Assembly (NCBI RefSeq): GCF_030144855.1
Contig: NC_082716.1
Coordinates: 68,758,001-68,822,000 of the forward strand
DNA from: Hypanus sabinus
Lineage: Eukaryota
DNA: 64,000 nt
Direction of reading: 5' to 3'
Positions within the stretch are counted from its first letter, which is position 1, and the number at the start of each line of letters is the position of its first letter. The translations under genes were made by a program, and so were the position numbers. The notes beneath the pieces are model-generated. The model was given only the letters and a program-made list of their open reading frames with translations, did no database searches and was not told the origin of the DNA. Positions 38,820 to 50,479 of this stretch are shown in pieces.

Positions 38820-39720
38820 CCAAACAAGAGAAAGTCTGTAGATGCTGGAAATTCGAGCAACACACACGAAATGCTGGAGGAACTCAGCAGGCCAGGCAGC
38901 ATCAACGGAAAAAAGTATAGTCAATCTTTCAGGCGGAAACCCTTTGGCAGGACTGGAGAAAAAAAAGCTGAGGAGTAGATTTGATGGGTGGGGGGAGGGC
39001 AGAGAGAAACACAAGGCAATAGGTGAAACTCAGAGGGGGAGGGATGAAGCAAAGAGCTAGCAAGTTGATTGGTGAAAGAGACAGATAAGCCATGGAAGAA
39101 AGAAAAAGAGCGGAAGAGCACCAGAGGGAGGCAACGAGCAGGCAAGGAGATAACATAAGAGAGGGACAAGGAGATGGGAAATAGTGAAGGGTGGGTGGGG
39201 GAGGTTGTTGGAGGCATTACTGGAAGTTTGAGAAACCGATGTTCATGTCATCAGGTTGGAGGCTATCCAAATGGAATATAAGGTGCTGTTCCTCCAACCC
39301 AAGTGTGGCCTTATCCCTACTGTGGTGGAGGCCATATTGGAATCCCTTTCTTTCTTTTTCTATTTCCTATCCTGACTTCCCTCTTACTCTTTCTCTTCTC
39401 CTCATCTGCCCTCCACCTCTCTCTGGAGACCTCATCCTTTCTTTTCTCCCATTGTCCATGTTCCTCTCCTATCAGATTCCTTCTTCTTCAGCCTTTTATC
39501 TTTTCCACCTATCACCTCCCAGCTTCTCACTACATCCCCCTCCCCCCACCCACTTTCTCCCTCACCTGCCGGTTTGTACTCCTTTCCCTCCACCCCCCCC
39601 CCCCCCCGTTCTTATTCTGGCTTCTTCCCCTTCCTTTTCCATACTGATGAAGGGTCTCAGCCCAAAATGTTGACTATTTATTCCTCTCTTTAGATACTGT
39701 TCCTCCAAGCATTTTGTGTG
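38820..39720. mobile_element. Two Penelope-like termini in opposite orientation
   Basis: Minus copy about 38820-39335 and plus copy about 39345-39720, each with a decayed hammerhead core. Confidence 0.75.
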
Positions 39721-39819
39721 AGATACATCTTTTTGACTTTTTTTCATTATTCTGGCAGAAAGTAAAGCTTTCTTACTGAGGCAAAAAACAAAAAATTGGT
39801 AGAGTAGAAAGAAGATTAA

Positions 39820-40790
39820 AATAATAGACAGGAGAAATCTCTATCAGTGCTGGTGTACCACAAAGCTGTTTGCTTAGCTCACTTTATTCTTATAACTGTG
39901 AGGCTAAGTACAGTTCCAAACCATATTCAAGTTTGCTGATGATATCAGTGTCCTTAGCCAAATCTAAGGTGGTGACAAATTGGAGGGAGACTGCCTGACT
40001 GGTGCCATAGCAACAACCTCTTATTCAACGTCAGCAAGTCCAAGTGCTGGTTATTGACTGTAGGAGGAGGAAGCTAAAGGCCCCTTAGCCAGTCCTCATT
40101 GGGGATCAGAGGAATTTAAAGGCTAAATTCCTGTGTTGTCATTTCAGGGTCCAGCACATAAGTGTCATTATGAAGAAAGCATGGCAGCACCTGTACTTCC
40201 TTAGAAATTTGTTAAGATTTGGCATGTCATCTAAAACCTTGACAAGCATCAATAGGAGTGTGGTGGAGAGTATATTGACTGGTTGCATCATGGCCTGGTA
40301 TGGAAACACCAGTGTCCTTGAATGGAAGAGCCTACAAAAAGTAGTGGATATGACCCAGTCCATCATGAGGAAGCCCACCCCACCACTGAGCATATCTACA
40401 CAAAGTACTGTTCGAGGAAAGCAGCATCCGTCATCAGGGACCCCCACCATCCAGAACATGCTCTCTTCTTGCTGCTTCCACACCACCAGGTTCAGGTTCC
40501 ATTATTATCCATAAACTTGAACCCATTACTCAACTTCACCCACCCTATCACTAAACTGTTCCCACAACTTTGTTCTCACTTTCAGTGACTCTTCATCTCA
40601 TTGTCTAAATATTTGTTGCTTATTTATTTAATATTATTATTTTTAAAAATTTTGTATTTGCTCAGGTTGCTCACGTTGGTTTTTTTCATTGATTCTATCG
40701 TGCTTCTAGTATTTAATGTGAATGCCCCCAAGAAAATGAATCTCTGGCTTGTATATGGTGACTTTGATAATAAATTTACTTTGAATTTAG
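39820..40790 (+). mobile_element. Rex1-type LINE fragment
   Basis: FKFADD, KKA.Q.LYFLR.L..FGMS, VESILTGCI.AWYG. Confidence 0.8.
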
Positions 40791-41589
40791 AAATCAATCC
40801 AATGTTTAGGAATGCTAAGAATATAAATTGACAGTTGAAGAGATAGTAGTTAAACCGTAATAAGGAAGCAATGCTGAGAAGTACCTGGACAAAAGGCCTT
40901 TTTTAAGCTGATTTATCCTTATTGTTATTAAAAATCAAACTGCTCGTAGTCTGGTTGTCAGGTAGATAAAAGAGCAAAAAATAAAGCCTGCCCTTGGTTC
41001 ATTGAAATCCACACCCATTGTCTAAGTTGTATAACAATGTTCTGGATTTTCCATTTGATTATTTAATTGTATGGTTTGTCTGCATTTTCAAGTGTTGGAA
41101 TAGTATTCCTTCATTAGTTTAGTTTTGGAAGAGAGGGTCATGTGCCTTGAAAATTGTTTAACCATTTTACTGATGGGACATTGCATTAAAGAGTTGACAT
41201 CATTGAGTTCCAACAATAAGTCAAAGTGGCACCAGGAAGAGGGTAGGATTTCTGTCATGCGTGGTGAAATGAGAATGATGAAGGGTGTCTGGACCGTCCC
41301 CATGACGGGGAGGATGTGCTAGACACATGAGAATATGGAAATGACAGCATATTTCACTAGACCTGGATTTCTGCACACTTCCTTTGAACAATCTTGGTTG
41401 CAAGGTATCTATAACACCAGGATAGTTGTTTCTGCTTTACCCAAAGCTCTGCTTTCTTTACTTATTCCTGTTTTGTTTATTTTTTTCCATCTTGTACTTA
41501 AGTAGCTTTGCTTCCAAGATCTACTCATGTGCAATGTACTTTGTTGGCAGCCCGCACAGAGCAGAGAACTTTGTCCTGAACTATGTGAT

Positions 41590-43055
41590 GGACGAAAGGC
41601 CTAGAGTGCTCGTGGAGAGGATATTTCCTATAGTGAGGGAATCTTGGATTAGAGGTCTTAGAAACATAGAAAACCTACAGCACCATACAGGCCCTTCGGC
41701 CCACAAGGTTGTGCCGAACATGTCCCTACCCTAGAAATTACTAGGCTTACCTATAGCCTTCTATTTTTCTAAGCTCCATGTACCTAGCTAAAAATCTCTT
41801 AAAAGACCCTACTGTTTCCACCTCCACTACCTTTGCCAGCAGCCCATTCCAGCACTCACCACTCTCTGAGTAAGGAACTTACCACTGACATCTCTTCAGG
41901 TCATAGCTTCAAAATAGAAAGATGTCCCTTAGAACAGTGGTTCCCAACTGCGAGGAAATGATATGATTTGGCGATATGAACTGATATGAGTCAGCTGCAC
42001 CTTTCCTCATTCCCTGTCACGCCAACTGTTGAACTTGAATGCACGCGAGGTCATCAGCTGCCTAAACGTGGTGACACACTCACGCCAGGGATCACTGGTC
42101 GGCCTCACGCGGCCGGCGGGAAGTGCTGTTGCTACTGGCCTGGAGCGCGGACAGATGGGCGCCACCTCTAAACCTGTTTAGCACACCGAATGTTCGTGGG
42201 GAACCCGGTGCTAAAATATTCACAGACAACCTAATTCGGGCTCAGGGTTTTGTAAATAGCAGAGCCGCTACCTCACTGTGACCTACTGAAAGTCATCCCT
42301 TGAGCCAAACTTTTGTCAGCCGATAGATCCTACAAGGGGGGCATCCTGTCGCACTCCTCGCTCGCTCGGTCACTCTCACCAGACTGCGACCGCCGTGGCC
42401 CCGGCGCGGGGACCTCCGGCCCTGACCTTGTCCTCTCACCCCACCCATGACCAGCCGCACCTGGCCAAGGCGTCTGGCGGCGGGCAGGCGGGAGGCTGGG
42501 GTTCGGGCCCAGAGGCTGTCTAATGAGGCAATGAAAATTGCTTTGGTACCTTGAATCCAAGCGCCCTGCACTTAAAAACAAACCCATTGAATTTTTTGAG
42601 CAGAAAAAAATGTGAGCAAGCAGGACAGAAGCAAGTGCTGATAGCCACATAAACTAAATTGCGGAATAGACAGGACATAAGGAACCTGCTTTGAGTATCG
42701 CTGTATTCTGGTCGTGCTTAACACTGCCGTCCCCCCACCCTCGTCCGCCGGTCCACAAGAGTATTGTCAATATTAAACCGATCCACGGCGCTAAAAAGGT
42801 TCTTGACCCCTGCTTTAGAACAGCAGTGAGGACAAATTTCTTTAGCCCGAGGGTGTGGAATCTATGGCTGTGGAGGCTAGGTCACTGGGTATATTTAAAG
42901 CAGAAGTTGATAGGTCTAGGTTCTTGATTAATAAGGACATCAAAGATTACGAGGAGAAGGCAGGAAAATGGGTTCAGGAGGAATAGTAAATCAGCCATGG
43001 AATGGTGGAGCAGACTCAATGGGTCAAATAGCCTAATTCTACTCCTCGTCTTATG
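41590..43055 (+). mobile_element. CR1 3' end containing an antisense CR1 tail (about 41658-41897) and a hAT
   Basis: CR1 sequence resumes colinearly after each insert; aggtc duplication at 41653-41657 and 41898-41902. Confidence 0.75.
41935..42812. mobile_element. Young non-autonomous Buster-type hAT (878 bp)
   Basis: Ends CAGTGGTTCCCAAC and ggttcttgacccctg; TSD cctTAgaa / cttTAgaa; CpG-rich interior. Confidence 0.85.
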
Positions 43056-43569
43056 GCTGAACATCTTGTACAAATAACTCAAGTTGTTTTCCAAAGAAAC
43101 ACGTACCTAAAATAGGAACAGCAGGGGTGGACAGCAGCACAGAATGAAATCAAGTTATAGAGATCCAAAACGTACTTGCAGATCACGAGTTGTGCCATCT
43201 GTGATTTAGCCAATCAGCATTCCTGCCTTCGAAAGGTAGAAAACATTTTGATTCAATGTAGGATCACTTTCATATTTCCAAAGCTGGAGATTTCCAGTTT
43301 AGAGAACCTTGTCTCATCCCAAATGAGTCTTTCAAACTGAAATAATTTCCGATCCCTTCAGGTAAATCTCTGGCTATATTTTTCGGACAAGTGGAGAGCT
43401 CTTTCATAGATCTATACAATATTTCTTCTTTGATGAATGTCACTAAAACGGTTCATCAAATCAGTAACACGTTGCTGTCTACTGTTTGGGAGTAGGTTAA
43501 GAGCAAATTACCTGCATTGCAATATAACTACGCTATGGCTGTTTTTTTGTTGCCTGCATAAAACAGTCC

Positions 43570-44220
43570 ATGTTCCAAGCCTTCCCTGGTAATGTTCCCT
43601 AACTCTGCTTGCGCTACATTGATGACTGCATTGGCGCTGCTTCATGCACTCTTGCTGTGCTCATCAATTTAATCATATTTGCCTCCAACTTCCACCCTGC
43701 CCTTAAATTCACTTGGTCTATTTCTGCCCTTTCTTGATCCCTTGTCTCCATCTCTGAAGACAAAGTTTACTGCATCTTTTATAAACCTATCGATTCCCAC
43801 GGCCTACTTGCCTATTCTTCTTCCCATCCTATCTCCTTTAAAATTTCAATTCCTTTTGGTAGAGGAGCAACACATTATATTCCATTTGGGTAACCTCCAA
43901 CCTGATGGCATGATTATTAATTTCTCCTCTCAGTAAGAAAAAAATTTCCATCCTCCTCCCCTCTGGCCTTCACCTCTTCTCACCTGCCTATCACCTCCCC
44001 CAGGATCCCTTCCTCCTTCTCATTCTCCTATGGTTCACTCTCCTCTCCTATAAGATTCCTTCCTCTCCAGCCTTTGACCTTTCCCAGCCACCTGGCTTCA
44101 CCTATCACCTTCTAGCTATCCTCCTTCCCCTCCTCCACCTTTTTATTCTGGTGTCTTCCCCCTTCCTTCCCAGTCCTGAAGAAGGGTCTCAACCTGAAAT
44201 GTTGACTGTTTATTCATTTC
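43570..44220 (+). mobile_element. Penelope-like element, internally deleted
   Basis: RYIDDC RT motif (cgctacattgatgactgc), PALKFTW, EEQH.IF.LG.LQPDGM.INF. Confidence 0.85.
44171..44208 (+). ncRNA. Best-preserved minimal type I hammerhead ribozyme
   Basis: Helix I CAGTC/GACTG; core CTGAAGA-A-GGG/TCTCAA/CCT-GAAAT-GTT; predicted cleavage after 44203. Confidence 0.6.
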
Positions 44221-45159
44221 CTGAGGTGAAGCAAAGAAGAGGGAAATCTGAAAGTGAAAATATGATCCCGCATATTCACAGTCATCAAAAGCTAATGGAT
44301 TATTGTCAGACAAATATCAAAATTGTTTTGAATTAACCATTTAATTGTGAAAAATGAGGGTTTAGGCACCCATTGAACCTTTCTCAGCCCTGAAATACTA
44401 TACAAGACACCCTCAAGGTACAGAGAGTTTGGAAACTCTCTATATTGTGATTTTCAATAATGTGGACCCTTGACAAAAATTGGCAAAATCTGTTGTTTCT
44501 TTTGCAGTTTGTGTTTATTCAGTTTAAAAAATCTCTTATAAATGCCATAAGGTCAAATATTTATTCTGTATCTTAAATTTTTTGATCTCAAAATTCTGTG
44601 AATTCAGTAAGGGGAATTTCCATTAACACTCCTGCTGTAACACTGTACTTTGTACTTCAGCCAATTTCTAAGTGTGGAGAAGTCTTTGCCTTTGCCCACT
44701 TAGATGAGCTTGTGGTGGTGCCATGTATCATGGAATCACTTCTCAACAGAAATCCAAGCCCTCGGGGATGTGACAAAACAAAATTGCTTTGCAATATTGA
44801 ATGCAAGCCAGTGTGTTCAAGTATGGACGAGAAGGTTGATAGTGGTTTACAATATTAGAAAGGCTTATCATAAGGCACATCGTGACATATTGCTTGCAAT
44901 ACTTAGCAAAACAGGGACAAAATTACACATTTAAAATATTCACAAAATTAGGAAATGCACATTTACCAATGTATTAGCTATAGGAATTCTGATCCAAAGT
45001 TCATTATTAACACAATTTTAATAAAATCTTCTAATAGGGAATTGGAATTGGTGCCTGAAATTAGATGGTGTAGGAGCCAACTAAGATTAGATTCTCTCTC
45101 TCTCTCTCCTCTCCCCTCTCTCCCCACTCTCCCCACTCTTCCCTCTCTCTACCCCCCCC

Positions 45160-45219
45160 CTCTTCATATACCATACAATCTTCATGGGGGGGGGAGAAGA
45201 TTGTATGGTAGATGAAGAG
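45160..45219. repeat. 24-bp inverted repeat (1 mismatch, 12-nt loop) next to CT-rich simple repeats
   Basis: ctcttcatataccatacaatcttc / gaagattgtatggtagatgaagag. Confidence 0.92.
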
Positions 45220-46836
45220 AAAAAGGAAATGTGCTGAACTACCACCTCAGGCAGCTGAGCTCACCACCACAAGGAGCAGTTGATGTTTAAGTGAATGTAA
45301 AAAATGTCTAGACAAGTGGATGAGGGAGAATGGAATAGATAGATTTTGATGGGAAAAACCAGGATGAATCAGGGCTTCATGCCTACTTGCCAAGGCATTT
45401 CAAGTGCCTCCAAGTTCTTCATTTGAGTTCCTTCTGGTTTTCTTTATATTCCTCAAAGACCCTGGCTGATTTAAGCTTCCTAAGCCTTACATATAACTCC
45501 TTTTTCATTTTGAATAAATTTAAAATCTCCCTCATGATCCAAGGTGACCTTACCTTACCACTTTGTCCTTCCTTCTTACTGGAACATGACTGTCCTAAAC
45601 TCTGATCAGCTGATCTTTAAGTGACATCCACATGTTAGATGTGGACTTAACAAATAAAATATTCTCTTGATTCACTCTCCTGAGGTCCTGCCCAATAATG
45701 ATATCATTTGCCCTGCCCTAATTTTAATATTTTCCTCCTAACTCCAGACAAATCCTTATTCATAACTATATTAAAACTGAGGGAGTTGTGATCACTGTTT
45801 TCAAATTGCTCTCCCACTGGAAAATCAGCCAGCCGGCTAGGCTTGGTCCAGTACGGCCCATGCTCATTGGACTATCCTGTTCTTCCCACAAACCACTTTC
45901 ACATGTGAAATCGCAAGAGAGAATGCAAGTATATTGCTGAGAGCTGAGGGGTAGCAATACCAAGACCGACCAGGTCTTCACTCAGATTGTGCATACACAC
46001 TGCATTTTTAGACTCGAAGTATATGGGGGAAATTTGATAAAAGAACAACTCTGAAAATATAGGTTTGTTAACTTGACCCATTTTGGTAGTAGGCTCTTAA
46101 AACCAGGTATTATTTTCATAATTAAGTATAAACTTGAGGGTGCTCCACCTTTGCAGTTAACTCGGAGATACACTGATTTGCTTGTTTGAAGCTCTTTGAT
46201 CTTTATACCTGGAGGTTGTAAAAGCAGAAGAGGGAAGAACTGCTAACACACTGCCATTTATTAAAAATTACCCTTAAATTTCACTTTTCCTAATAAGTTT
46301 AGGATTTGGAGTGATTTCAACTGTATACTGATGTCAAAACAGGTATAAATTCAGTAAAGAGTGTTTGATCAGATTACTGAGTGAAACACTGAGCAATGGT
46401 GAGGATGGAATCTAGTACTGCTTCTTAAATGTAGAATGAATCAAGTATCAAACCTGGTTTGCAAATTGCTTTGGGGGGAAAGAACAGACTTGCTGCACCC
46501 ATAAAAAAAATGTAAGATTGTGGGGTAAAGATTGTTTCAGGAAGCTTATTTAGGCATGATGGACTGAGTGGCATCTTTGCAAATGTAAAATTCTGCAAAG
46601 GAAATGTGGGTCTTTAGTGTACTTGCTGAACATGTGCAGGAGTATTAGTGCTCAGCTCATCACCTCCGATCGCTTCATAGAATAAAACTTGTGGGGGGTT
46701 AGTACAGGGAGCAGCTGATTCTTTTACACGTGTTTAGTATGAGCATCAAAGCTGGATTTCTTCGCCATCTGTTTCTACTTTGCATATTCACATAATTTAA
46801 AAAAAAACGAAGTTCACTATTTTTGTATAACAATGA

Positions 46837-48500
46837 GAATCAGAATCAGGTTTAGTATCACTGGTATATATTGTGAAACTTGATGCTTTGCAGCAGCTGT
46901 ACATTGTAATACATAATTTTAAAACTATACATTATAATAAGAGATACACACACACACACACATATATAAATTAAACAAGTAGTGCAAACAGGGAGCAAAG
47001 CACTAAAAAAAATCATGAGGTAGTCTGATAGCAGATGAGAAGAAGCTGTTCCTCAAACATTGAGTGCATGTCTTCAAGCTCCTGCATCTCCTCCTTTACA
47101 GCAACAATGAGAGAGGACATATCCCAGGTGATGGGGGTCCTTAATAATGAATACCACCTTTTTGAGGCATCACCCTTTGAAAATGTCCTCAATGCTGGGA
47201 AGACTGTGCCCATGATGGCCCTGGTATGCAGTAGTTCCTCCATACCAGACTGTGATACAACCTATTTCAGTGCTCTCCATGGTACATATGTAGAAATTTG
47301 GGAGTCTTTGGTGAAATATGAAGGCTCCTCAAAAGTCCTAATGAAACATAGCTGCTGCTATGCCTTCTTTGTAATTGCATCAATGGGTTAGGCTCAGGAT
47401 AAACCTTCAGAGCTGTTGACACCCGGGAACTTGACCCTTTCCACTGCTGATTCCTCGATAAGGACTGGTGTGTGTTCCCTTCCTGAAATCCACAGACAGT
47501 TCCTTGGTCTGTTGATATTGAATGCAAGGTTGTTGTTGTGACACCACTCAACCAGCTGATCTGTCTCACTCTTGTACACCTCCTCAGCAGCATCTGAAAT
47601 TCTGCCGACAATAATTGTGTCACTGGCAAATTTATAGATGGCACTTGAGATGTGCCTAGCCACACAGTCGTGGATGTAGAGAGAATAGAGCAGTGGGCTA
47701 AGCACGCATCCTTGAAGAGAGCCAGTGTTGATTGACAGCGAGGAGAAAATGTTATTTCTAGTCCACACTGATTATGGTCTCCCAATAAGGAGATCAAGGA
47801 TCGAGCTGCAGAGTGGTGTACAGAGGCCAAGGTTTCGGAGCTTATTGATTAGACTGATGGTATGATTGTGTTGAACACTGACCTGTAATCGATAAACAAG
47901 TCAAGTCACTTTTATTATCATTTCGACCATAACTGCTGGTACAGTACATAGTAAAAATGAGACAACATTTTTCAGGACCATGGTGTTACATAACACAGTC
48001 ACATAACACAAAAACTAGACTGAACTATGTAAAAAACAACACAGAGAAAGCTACACAGACAAACAACAGCCTGACCTAGGTATTGCTAATGAGCCGATGA
48101 TCCAGGGCATTTGCTGTGGACCTATTGTACCAACAGGTAAATTGGAGCAGGATTAGGTCCTTGTTTAGCAGGAGTGGATTCTGGCCATGAACGACTTCTC
48201 AGAACACTTAGTCACAGAATATGTGAGAGTCTCTGGGTGATAGTCATTGAAGCAGCTCACCCTGCCCTTCTTGGGCACTGGTATCATTGTCACCCTTTTG
48301 AAGCCTGTGAGAAGGTCAGACTGAGAGATTGAAGATGTCCTTAAACACTCCCGCCAGTTGGCTGGCACAGGTTTTCAGAGTCCGAACAGGTAAACCATCA
48401 GTGCCTGGCACTTTGCGAGGATTAACCCTCTTGATTTGTGGCATCATTCTCCTAGACGGAGACCACAGGGTCACCGGATGCTGCAGGGATTCCCCTGTAA
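46837..48500 (-). mobile_element. Rex1-type LINE with a nested LINE tail (about 47898-48060)
   Basis: GSLQGCVLSPLLYSLY.HDC, YKFASDT, NPRK.PG.DG. Confidence 0.85.
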
Positions 48501-49276
48501 TGTCAGCTTTGATATCTGCTGAATCAGATGCTTTTAAATTCTGGACATGAATGTGCTTATTGCATGAACTAATAATCAGTGCCATGCTGAGAAAATGCTG
48601 CTTCATATAAGGTACAGCCTTTCAGGTGAATCTTTAAACTTTGGCTCTTCTTGACTTCTCTTGTGGGTTTAAAATATCCCCTAGTGTTATTGATTAAAGA
48701 GGGAAGAACAGAGAAGTCTTTTTGGGATGGTGCTGCATGTTCCTCAACAAACATCACCAGAAAGTGGATAACCTTGCCATTTATTTCATTGTTGCTTGTA
48801 GGACCTTACCTTCTACAAACTGGTTGCAGGTTTGCCAACAACGATAAGCAAATTTTCCATTGTTTCTGCATATCATTTAACAATAACCTTGACCTGACGA
48901 CTTACAAACACCTACACCATAAAAAGACTTCACTTCATATGAAGAGCCTTAGTAGACATGCAGCTTACATAAATCTGTCCTTTCTTTCTTAAAGATTATA
49001 TTTCTACTCATGTAGAAGTCCAGTGAAAACTATATAGGATTTTGACTGCTTGAAATTCAAAATGCAACTAATGTTCTCAGTCTGGGAGCTGGAGTATAAT
49101 TGCACTTGTTAGTGCTTGTTACATAAAACAAATAATTCAGATCTTTTCTTGTCTGTGCCTTGTTTTGTAGCTATGTACAGCTGTTAACCATTGAAGACCG
49201 AATACCACAGTACTGTATTTACATTTGAGTATTCTTCAACTGAAGTACAAAATAGAATTCCCAGTCAGTATTCACC

Positions 49277-49777
49277 CACTGTCCAAGTTCTCCTTTAATT
49301 AATTTAAATCATAAAACATAGGAACAAAATTAGACCATTCGGCCCATCGAGCCTGCCTTGTCATTCCATAATGGCTGATTTATTATCCCTCTCAATCCCA
49401 TTCTCCTGCCTTCTCCCAATAATCTTTGACACCCTGACTAATCAAGAACCTATCAACCTTCATTTAAATATACTCAATGATCTATTCTTCACAGATGACT
49501 GTGGGAATGAATTCCACGGATTCACTACCCTCTGGCTAAAGAAATTCCTCCTCACCTCTCTCTGTTCTGAATGAATGTAATTTACAGCACTTACTAATTT
49601 TGTAAGCCCATGACCAAAAAATTAAATTGTCCTGGCTTAAAAAGAAATGGAGACATACAGTACGTATTTGCACTTTATTTGGTAAGTTGTGGTGAGGAGG
49701 AATTCGATGGGCCGAATGGTCTAATTTTGTTCCTATGTTTTATGATTTAAATTAATTAAAGGAGAACTTGGACAGTG
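49277..49777. repeat. Perfect 74-bp inverted duplication (49277-49350 / 49704-49777)
   Basis: Base-by-base reverse complement; each arm spans unique flank plus the 3' tail of the CR1 at 49310-49570. Confidence 0.95.
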
Positions 49778-50479
49778 AACTGGGAGAATACCCTTATGGA
49801 GACATGGGATGCTCCCTGAGACATGACATTTGATAAACTGTGCTTAAAAGTTTGAATCTTAGGCTGGTACAGTGTGATCTTATGGACCAGAAATGAAAAC
49901 TCAGACATAGAGGCTCTGTGGGATGGTGATAAATTTCTTTGTGCATGAAGTAGACAGACAAAAGAATCAAATTGCATAAAATCTATTTCTGAGTTTATAA
50001 TTTCTAATATTTATATGTCAGGAATAAATCTTAAGTAATACTTAATTAAGTTCCTTAGCTTTCATTTGTTCCCTGCACATGTTTTACATCTATGAGATTA
50101 TAACAGACAGAAATATTAGACAGCAAATATTAAAGCTCATATTTAGTACAATTCCAATAATCCTCGATAGAAAATCGTAATTGTTTGGAGTCTGGCTCAC
50201 CAGGGCTGCTTCCCATGCTCCCTTTCCGCAATTACTGGGGGCCTAGTTCCATTCTTCTCTTCCAACTCACCAGCATCCCAATTCCCACACTCCCTTCTTA
50301 TGGGATCCCAGGTATTCTGTTGTCTTTCAGCTCAATAACACCCCAACTCACCAGTGATCCAGTTCCATTCTCCCTTTCGATTAATTGGGGCCCTGGGTTC
50401 CACTTTCCCTTTGAACTGACCATGACCTACTTCCCTTGATTCCTTTGATGTTACTGGTTTCACTGGAAAATGTATTATT

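Larger units (their letters stand above)
41090..44910 (-). pseudogene. Mab-21-like domain remnants D7 and D8
   Basis: D7: LQAICHD..PF*YCKPLSTFSSILEHTGLHS..NFVL (44905-44765), SYIESK, FCAAVHPCCSYFRYVFLW. D8: LFKGSVQKSRSSEICCHFHILMCL in ORF 41221..41403, with cGAS-like GS-x11-xFx spacing. Confidence 0.55.
45890..49910 (-). pseudogene. Mab-21-like domain remnant D6 (split by an inverted duplication, a CR1 tail and Rex1)
   Basis: FLVHKITLYQPKI..NVMSQGASHVS..F, SANTY..FKPGQFNFLVMGLQN, GELGQWVN, then NCKGG..YLIMK / ENNTW / LTNLYFQS at 46200-46030. Closest recalled pattern is MAB21L3. Confidence 0.6.

Noticed and set aside
33800-40800. Possible further Mab-21 remnants (for example near 38500-38800)
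   Set aside because: Only vague resemblance; not supportable without an HMM search.
43105-43198. ATG...AG|GTACGT as an alternative first exon of FNDC7
   Set aside because: Ends in phase 2, incompatible with downstream exons. A better exon exists at 32198, and this sequence fits the Mab-21 remnant.
45900-46208. C2-domain-like exon (TK...KPIFSELF)
   Set aside because: The overlapping frame matches the Mab-21 C-lobe in the expected order; the C2 resemblance is weak.
49595-49635. 41-nt exon with a processed copy at 54137-54350
   Set aside because: Apparent splice sites flank it, but Mab-21-like similarity extends beyond them, so paralogous domains explain it better. Not fully excluded.
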